Source: Eledone cirrhosa (lineage: Eukaryota). Taken from it: 64,000 bases of DNA. Below, one piece after another: positions 55,128-64,000 of this stretch. The DNA lies in contig OZ024741.1 of NCBI GenBank assembly GCA_964016885.1, positions 253,456,001 to 253,520,000 of the forward strand, given 5' to 3'. Within the stretch, counting starts at the first letter, position 1, and each line of letters starts with the position of its first letter. The notes under the pieces were generated by a model. That model ran no database searches. It was not told the origin of the DNA and saw nothing but the letters and a program-made list of their open reading frames with translations. The translations under genes were made by a program, and so were the position numbers.

Positions 55128-56597
55128 GTGAGTGTTTTGACTCTAAAAAAAAACATTCCCTGGGAGATGAAATGCAAAGTTGACCTGAATAGGATTTGAA
55201 CTCAGAACATAATGATCATAACTAAAGTGTTTATTACTAGTATAATGCAGCAACAACACCCCATCACATATCATGGGATGATCACAGATTATTCAGTGGT
55301 CACTTAACCACCAGATGATCTGACTGTCCAACTTCTAAATAACATAGTGATATTCATTTTGATGGGAAATTCTCTCTGATATGGAATTTCAGTGTGATAT
55401 AAGAACAGTCCATTATATCAAATCTAGAGAACAATGGATTGGTAGTATCAGTAGAGCGTTGGGCACCATGCTTTGCAGCATAGAGTTATAGCCCTTTACG
55501 TTCTGGGTTCAAATCCCGCAAAGTTAAGCTTTGCCTTTCATCCTTATGGGGGTCGATAAAATAAAGCACCAGTAATGCACTGGGGAAGATTTAATCGACT
55601 TTCCCCTCCTCTTTAAATTGCTGGCCTTGTGCCTAAAATAAATACCCTTATATTAAATCCAGATCTTGACTGGACTGGTTGTTTATTTTATCAACCCTGG
55701 AAAGGATGTAAAGCAAAGTTGATTCCACTCTGTGGGATTTGAACTCAGAATGTAAAGATTCAAAAACTAAAGTAATTATTGATAATAGTTAACAAGCAGA
55801 TATCTATTTTTTATATAATAACTTATTCAATTAAGTAGATGTGTTCTATATGTGATAGATAGTCTGGTTGATAGTCTGGTTGATGAGAAAGTGTGGATAA
55901 TTGTAGAAAGATAGGGAGAAAATGGTCCTTTACAGTTTGGAAATGTCTCAAATATTTCCATCAATAATTCTTCTTCAAATATAATGCCGACAATATTTGA
56001 TAATTGAGGATGTGATATTTCCTGAGGAGATCAAGTATATTGATTATGTGTAGTGTGCTAAGAAGCTATGTGTATGTATTTAAGTGTGTATACATACACA
56101 CATACACATACATACACATAAACATATTTATATATATATATATAGTGTCAAGAGCTTTCGTATACACACATACACACACTCATATGTATATATGTGTGTG
56201 TGTGTAAAGAGAATATGTAATTACTGAATTCTCAATAAATATGATGGTCACACCTATTTTACTCACAGACAACCTCTATATTTTGAAACCATAGTGAACC
56301 TCGAACTACATTATTCAATGTACCCTTCCTATTTTAAGATGGACACAGGCATGGCTGTGTGGTTAAGAAGTTAACTTCACAACGATGTAGTTTCTTTATC
56401 AATCTCATTGTGCAGTACCTTAAACAAGTATCTTTTACCATAGTCACAGTTCAACCAAAGATTTGTGAATAAAATATAGTAGATGGAAAGAAACTATACC
56501 CATTCTTGGATAGTGGAATGGATCAGTTGTTTGACCAATGAAACAGCCTCCTCCTAAAATGACCGTGTAGCTCATTTTACATACATGTGTACCCTAA

Positions 56598-56818
56598 CCC
56601 TTTAGCATTTAAACCAGCGATATCCGGCCAGAATTCTCTCACTTCTTTCTGCTCAAACCAGCTGTAACCGGCTACTCATACTTATGTTAAGGCATTGTTT
56701 TCAAAATAAATAATATCAAAATCTGATAGATTTGATATTATGTGAGATAATTATGTAAAATAAAGTGTTTACAGTGAAAATATAATAGTATATATAGAGT
56801 AATTTAAATGGTAAAGGG
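56598..56818. mobile_element. piggyBac-like MITE (second copy 54380-54594)
   Basis: TIRs ccctttagcatttaaa/tttaaatggtaaaggg; flanks ctaa/ttaa here and ttaa/ttaa at the other copy. Confidence 0.8.
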
Positions 56819-59076
56819 TTAATATATTTCTCAGTGAGATTTAGCATGACACAGCATGTGACAATACTGACTCTTTGATTTACAGATACAATTCATATGA
56901 CAGACATCCAAGCAATTCCATCTACACAGTTTCATTCACAAGACATGAATCAACCCAAGGCTATTGGAAATGACATTTGCCCAAGATGCTATACAATAGG
57001 ATCAAACTAAAACTTGTGAAGCAAATTCTTTAGCCATTCAGCTACACTGTGTCCATTAAACTTTATCTAGTCACTCAATTTAAAACCACTGCCTGACTCC
57101 ATTGCTACTTTTCTTTTCTTTAACCCATAACTCTTGAGTTATGGAGGGGCAACATACAGCATTTCCTGTGCATTTCTTTTTTTAACCTGGTAGATCCCAT
57201 TCCCTCTCCAGGTGTGAACACAGCCAATTTCTTCCAGTGATGAGAGAGAATAAAAGAGAGGAAGGAAGAAAGAGATGACAAGGGAAAATTTGACCCCATA
57301 CTGAACTGGTACCTTCTTTATTGACTTCGAAAGGATGAAAGACAAAGTTGACCTAAACAGCATTTGAACTCAGACAGCACAGGACCAGAATAAATTCCAC
57401 AAGGTATTCTAGCTGACATGCTAACAACTTGCACAGTATTATCTATTGAAGTGTTTGGAACAGGTCTTTTGTTTGATGATAACTGACTTCTTGCAATGAC
57501 GTAGTTGCTGTCCTCTCATTTGACTAACATGGTGGGGTGTGATTTAAGGGAGATTTTAGCTGTTATTTCTTACAGATTGAGTGATCACCTAGAGGTACCT
57601 TTTTATCTTATTTTTACCACTATAATGCGGTTGGTGATAGGAAGGGCATCAGGGCATCCACTTATAGAAAACTTGCCAAACAAAGAGTTTGTCTTCAGCT
57701 GTGTCAAAGACATGACAACTTCTCTAGTGTTAAATGCACTTGGTAGAGTGAAGGCTTATATGCTGGGCTCCAGTTCACCAGGATGTCAGAGGCTCCAAGT
57801 ACTGACCAGTCAATGACAACATGTCAAACTCTTGCTAGCACTTTTAATTACAGGACTATACTGGATGCTTTTTGTCCTGGCACCAGCACTTCCACCTTAC
57901 AGAGTGGACTGGGTGCTTTTGACTGTGGCACCAGCACTTCCACCTTACAAAATGGACTGGGTGTTTATTCGTTTTTGTTTTCTTTTCATGGCACCAGTAT
58001 GAGGACCTTACAGGGTGGAGTGGGTGTTTTTATTGTGGCATCAGCACTACCCGCTTACAGGGTGGACTGCATATTTTTTTTGCCGTGGCTTTCTTTTTTC
58101 TTAGTTTATTTCATACATTTCTGAACAATAGCATTGTTGATTACAGATTTCCAACAGACCAATAACAGGTTCACACTATTTCTAATCATGAAAGTCCACT
58201 GAATTCCAGATGGTGAGAATGACAAGAGGTGTTTGTGCTTTCAGCCTTTTAAATCTATATCTCATCAGTCAAGATAGTTATTGTAATAGACAGTCTCTGG
58301 GAATTTGTTCCAAGTTGTGACAGTTGAATGTGGAAAGCTGCTCTCTATTGGGTGACTATTGACATTGGGTGTTAAGATGCTGTACACGGCTACAAATAAT
58401 AGAAGCATATATGAAAGTACATACAATATACATGTGTGTTTAGAATATGGCAGTGATTGAAAATTTGAAAATTAAATTTTAAGCTTTTGCTGTATTTTGG
58501 CTAGGAAAAAATAGTCTAAAAGCAGGGCATATAAACCCCATAACAGAAATATATGAGTGTCAGTATGCATTGGATGCCCATTTTTTCCATATGGGGGCTT
58601 GTGTGCCCTGTTATTAGACTATTTTCTGTAGTCAAAATATGGCAAAAGCTTCTAATTCAATTTTCTAATTTTCATATAAACTATGCAAACACGCACAGAC
58701 TTAAACTTACACTCAGTAGGCACCTCTTACCACTTCTGCCCACACCACCCTTACTCTGTAAAGTTATGTTGGTACCACAAAACATCCAGCCCACACAGTA
58801 AAGAGGTCGTGTAGGTATCATGACAAAAAGCACCCAGTCCACACTGAAAAGTGGTCATGTAAAAGACACGGCAAAAAGCACCCAGCACATACTGTAAATG
58901 TGATTGGCATTAGGAAGGGCATCCAGCCGTAGAAATCTAGCCAGAAACAGTCCTATCTGAGCGAGTCACGGTCACCTGTCCTAAGTTGCCTCAAATGGGA
59001 TTAACCCGTCTAACCCATGCTAGCGTGGAAAATAGATATTAAACGATGATGATGATGATATATATGTATGTATGTG

Positions 59077-59107
<31 letters not shown>

Positions 59108-59525
59108 GGTGGTGGACATGTTAGATAATGTAGTCCTTGATACACTATGATCATATCAGTTAAACCAGGGTTAACCTAGGGCTAAACAGAGACAAGATTT
59201 GTTTTTTCATCCTTATCATTATTTTTACAATATTTTTTCATATTTATATATAATTTGTTGTGTATTTTTTTTAAATTCAAAAATCTTTTTTTTTTCCTCA
59301 TAATTTCTAAAACTTTCTTTTTAATTTCAACATATCAATATTTCATCGTTTTCTTTTTTTTAACCTTCTCTCTAACCATATCAAAACAATAATAACATTA
59401 TACTATATATAGTATGTGACCAGTCTTGCTGTGATGTAATAGTAGTGCAGCTGCCTGGCATATGGCAGATGTGAGTTAAGACCAGTTCCCGGAGGTGATA
59501 CTTTACACTTTTTCAGTTTCTAGGA

Positions 59526-59824
59526 TAGTGTTTCTCATCTGGTCTCCCACAAAACCCTGGGGTTACATGAGAAACAGTGATAAATAAGCTTATAGATTTT
59601 TAAGTAAATTTAGTTTAGTTTTATATTCCCAATTTACTATACACGTTCAGCACATTGTTGGGAAATCCTTGGTTATCCCCCTAAAAATATATATTTACCA
59701 CGTGAACTACGATCAAAATATAAAATATCAATAATGGTATATAACAATTTTTATGAAGGGGTTCCCTGAAAATATGAAAACAATTTCAAGGGTTCTGCAA
59801 GTGTAAAAATGTTGAGAAATGCTG
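59526..59824. mobile_element. hAT (Charlie-like) MITE
   Basis: Imperfect TIRs tagtgtttctca/tgagaaatgctg with perfect 8-bp TSD TTCTAGGA. Confidence 0.85.
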
Positions 59825-60824
59825 TTCTAGGAGCTTATATGTTCAACATATTCAACTATTGTTCATAGTAAAAAAAGATGTTTATATAAAAAAAACTACA
59901 TTGAGGAAAATTATATTAATGTGACATGTTTCCAGGATATAATATTTCTATTATACATCATCATCTGCACACTCATTATCATTTTACATGTGCTTTCCAT
60001 GCTGGCATAGGTTAGATAAGTGGTTATTCTTATTCAGAGTTACTATCTTCTTAGCTGGATCATGGGCACCAGAATTCACATCCATGTTTCAATGTTTGAC
60101 ATTGTTTCTATGGCTGGATGCCCTTCCTCACATCAACCTCATAACAGAATATTCGTTTATTGTAACACCAGATCTAGAGAAGTTGTTATGTTTGCAACAA
60201 AACTAAAGAAGTTGTTCACAGCAAAACTAAAGAGCCCTTTCTACCCTACAATGCCTCTGTTTAATCATAATAATCCATATGAACGTAAGGTGGTTTGTAT
60301 GATGCCCTTCCTCACATCAACCACAGTGTAGTGGGTGCTGTTTATCATACCACCAGCACTAGATAAGATGTTTTGTTTGCAACAAAACTAAAGAGTCCTC
60401 ACTACTCTATGACTTTACTCTATTACATGTTCCAGCTGTGAGGCTGAGGCCAGGCTGGGGCACTGCCACCAATGCTACACTTTCTATAGCCAGCCTTCCC
60501 TGGTTGGCCATTGATGCAACGGGAATTTGATGCTGCTGCTCTTATTATATTATATATATTTCTATAAAAATGATGATGATGGAAGGGCAGCCAGCAGTAG
60601 AATCTATGACAAGAAAGATATCTCTATACAGTGTGGGAATGTATGATGTATGTGATATGTGGGGCTTTAGCTGGTCTCAAAGGTCAGTAGTTTTGACAAA
60701 GTACTCATTTGATCTATGACAACCTGTTCAATCATTGCTAGCAGGGAAAACGAACATTAAATAATGATTTCCTTATATGTGGGGATTCGGAATGCTATAT
60801 ATAAACTCTTTCTCCCTCTCTCCT

Positions 60825-60919
<95 letters not shown>

Positions 60920-60957
60920 AATATATCCATCTAAATATCTATCTACCAGATATAAAC

Positions 60958-60995
<38 letters not shown>

Positions 60996-61098
60996 CGAAG
61001 GAGATGTGGTAAGGAACCAGATGGACCATAACGCACCAAAGTAGGATCCCGACGGCTGAGCTCAAGCTGTTTCGATGGCTAATTCTGGACTAAAATCA

Positions 61099-61219
<121 letters not shown>

Positions 61220-61226
61220 ATATATA

Positions 61227-61320
<94 letters not shown>

Positions 61321-61541
61321 TATATATATCATCATCATCACTGTTTTATGTCCGTTCTTCCACGCTAGCATGGGTTAGTGCAACATAATCTTTATGTGAG
61401 TATGGAAATGTTCTAACACTTAAGAGTATGGTTTTAAATTTCTATATAAATCTACATATCATTTGCTCTGTGTATATATGTACAACATACTATTGTGTTT
61501 CTCAATTGATATATCCTCGTAGATATCATTTATAAATAAAC

Positions 61542-61572
<31 letters not shown>

Positions 61573-61972
61573 ATATATGTATATGTGTGTGTGTCGATAT
61601 ATATATATGTGTGTGTATGTGTCTATATATATATATATATATACATTATATGTATATGTTCCATATTGTCTATTAGTTATATGTTTTTACTATATTCAGT
61701 TTTATTTCAGATGTTCTTCATTAAACAGAAATGTTCTGGAAGACAAGTGTAAGAATATTGTCTCCAAAATTGTCAGACTGTATATACCTCATACAGTTAG
61801 TAAATAATGAATACAACTCTACCACAAGCTTCTAGTCACCACATCAGTAAATGTTTGTGGTCATTTATATATCTATAAATCTACAACCCAATATGAATAT
61901 CACTTTATATATATATATACATATGTGTGTGTGTTTGTGTTTGTGTGTACATAGATATACACATACTCACAT

Positions 61973-62006
<34 letters not shown>

Positions 62007-62007
62007 G

Positions 62008-62072
<65 letters not shown>

Positions 62073-62242
62073 ATATATATATATATATACTGCCATTTCT
62101 ACTGCTACCTAACTCTCTCCTCCCCCGTCCCAGCCCAACACACCCTGCCATTATTACCACCACCACTGTTCTTCTAGCCCTGAATTTTCCTACTGTTATG
62201 TATGGATGAGCTGAGAATAAATGGAGCAACTCTGATTAATAG

Positions 62243-64000
62243 ATGAAAATGAATATGAATCCGCGAGCTACCAAGCACCCATGTAAAGCTCCAATTCAGA
62301 GACAGGAAGCACACACACACCCCTGCAAAAATCGACCCATCCCTACGAATGTTGACAAATACCCAAAACTCCGAGTTGGTACCATCAATGTAAGCACAAT
62401 GAAAGGAAGAGCAGGAGAAATCGTAGAGATGCTAGAGCGAAAGGAAATTGATGTATGCTGTGTGCAAGAGACTAGATGGAGAGGAGAGTCTGCCAGAGTC
62501 CTGGTAGGAAAAAGTCAGTGCTACAAATTTTTCTGAGTGGGAAATGACGATGGGATGGGTGGTGTAGGTATATTACTAGCTCACAAGTGGGTAGATAAAG
62601 TAATCTCACTGTACAGGGTAAATGCAAGAATCATTAAACTCAGACTAGTCCTGAATAAAACAATTACCACAATAATATCAGTTTACGCACTCCAATCGGG
62701 GTTGCCAGACGAACTTAAGGATAGGTTTTACGAGTCCCTAATGTGCACTACTGCTCTAACAAACGACAATGACTTCCTAATCATCGCAGGAGATTTTAAC
62801 GGACAAGTAGGTAAACACTGCGACGGCTTCAATAGAGTCCATGGGGTTGGCACAAGAAATGAAGAAGGATTCAGACTTCTAGAATTCTGCGATGCCAATG
62901 ACATGTCGATAAGTAACACTAACTTCAAAAAAACCGACAACCACCTGATCACCTATAGATCAGGGGAGCATTCTAGTCAGATAGATTTTATCCTCATCAG
63001 AGGACATGACAGATGGACGGTCGTAAACACAAAAGCCTTCCCTAGTGAGGAATGTACCTCCCAACATAGCTTAGTTGTCAGCGACCTCACGGTCAGAACT
63101 AAACGAACATGGAAACAGAGGCCAACCTGGAGAAGAAAGATCTGGAAGCTGAAAGACCCCTCAGCCAGTAACAGATTTAAAGATATTTTACTCAACGCCT
63201 ACGACAGTAAAGAAGAACAGATAGAGACATTCAATGTAGAAGAGTACTGGGAGTTCCAAAAAAAATAACTTACTAGAGGCGACGGATGAGATGTGTGGCT
63301 GGAGTAAGACCACAAGCAGGAGGAGAGTGACTTGGTGGTGGAACAATAAGGTAGATTAGGCAGTTAAGGCCAAGAGACAGGCATGGAAAGAATGGAAGAA
63401 CTGGGGGAGCAGGGTACATTACATAGAGACCAAGAGGGAAGCTAGGCGACAAGTATACTTAGCTAGGAGGGAAGCAGAGGATAGAAAATTCAAGCATGTT
63501 TTGCAGCGTGAGGACCAGAAACAGGAGGTGTTTAAGATTGTGAGGCAGTGTGTCAGAGAGAATTGTGATGTCATTGGAGAGAAGTGTATCCAGAATAATA
63601 AAGGTGAGCTTGCCCTCACAAGTGCTGAGAAGAAAGATGCATGGAAGAGCCATTATGATAGATTACTAAATGAGGAGATTGCATGGGAAGAAGAGACCCT
63701 ACCCCAAGTAGACCCTATAGAGGGGCCAGCAGTACAAGTCAGCAGCAACGTAGTAAGTAAGGCAATCAAAGATATGAAGATGGGGAAGGCAACCGGTCCA
63801 TCGGGTATAGCTGCCGAGATGCGGAAGGTATCTGGGTCTGTAGGTCACACTATAACCACACGTATTGTTAACCAGGTAATACTAGAAGGTGTCATACCAA
63901 AAGATTGGTGCAGTAGCATCATTGTCAACTGCTACAAAGGTAAAGGTGATGCACTAGATAGAGGAAACTATAGAGGTATAAAGCTGATGGACCAGGTCAT
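62243..64000 (+). mobile_element. RTE LINE 5' part (APE endonuclease, linker, start of RT); disrupted; runs off the window
   Basis: VGTINVSTMKGR, CCVQETRW, AGDFNG, QIDFIL, SQHSLV, TWWWN, YKGKGDALDRGNYRGIKL; stop at 62536 and frameshift near 63265. Confidence 0.93.

Overview
AT-rich, microsatellite-saturated eukaryotic DNA; the SINE/RTE repertoire and (TA)n density suggest a mollusc such as Octopus (inference). No host gene is securely identifiable, only weak candidate exons at 47.2 and 55.1 kb. Nearly all listed ORFs are microsatellite artefacts. Real content: several RTE-clade LINE copies with a partner tRNA-SINE; two Penelope-like elements (PLEs), one a decayed Neptune-type copy split by a 2-kb non-autonomous Gypsy-derived LTR element, the other a very young copy with an uninterrupted 555-aa RT+GIY-YIG ORF between 546-bp inverted repeats; hAT and piggyBac-like MITEs; and minisatellites. 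The most striking pattern is ten insertions from five sequence families, all flanked by (TA)n-type tracts and all built as inverted (fold-back) structures. In each, one end stops at a family-specific 'short' endpoint and the other carries a fixed 56-90 nt extra tail. About 15 type-I hammerhead ribozyme motifs from at least 7 families accompany them, one with a ~97-nt branched stem II. All alignments and folds were done by eye.
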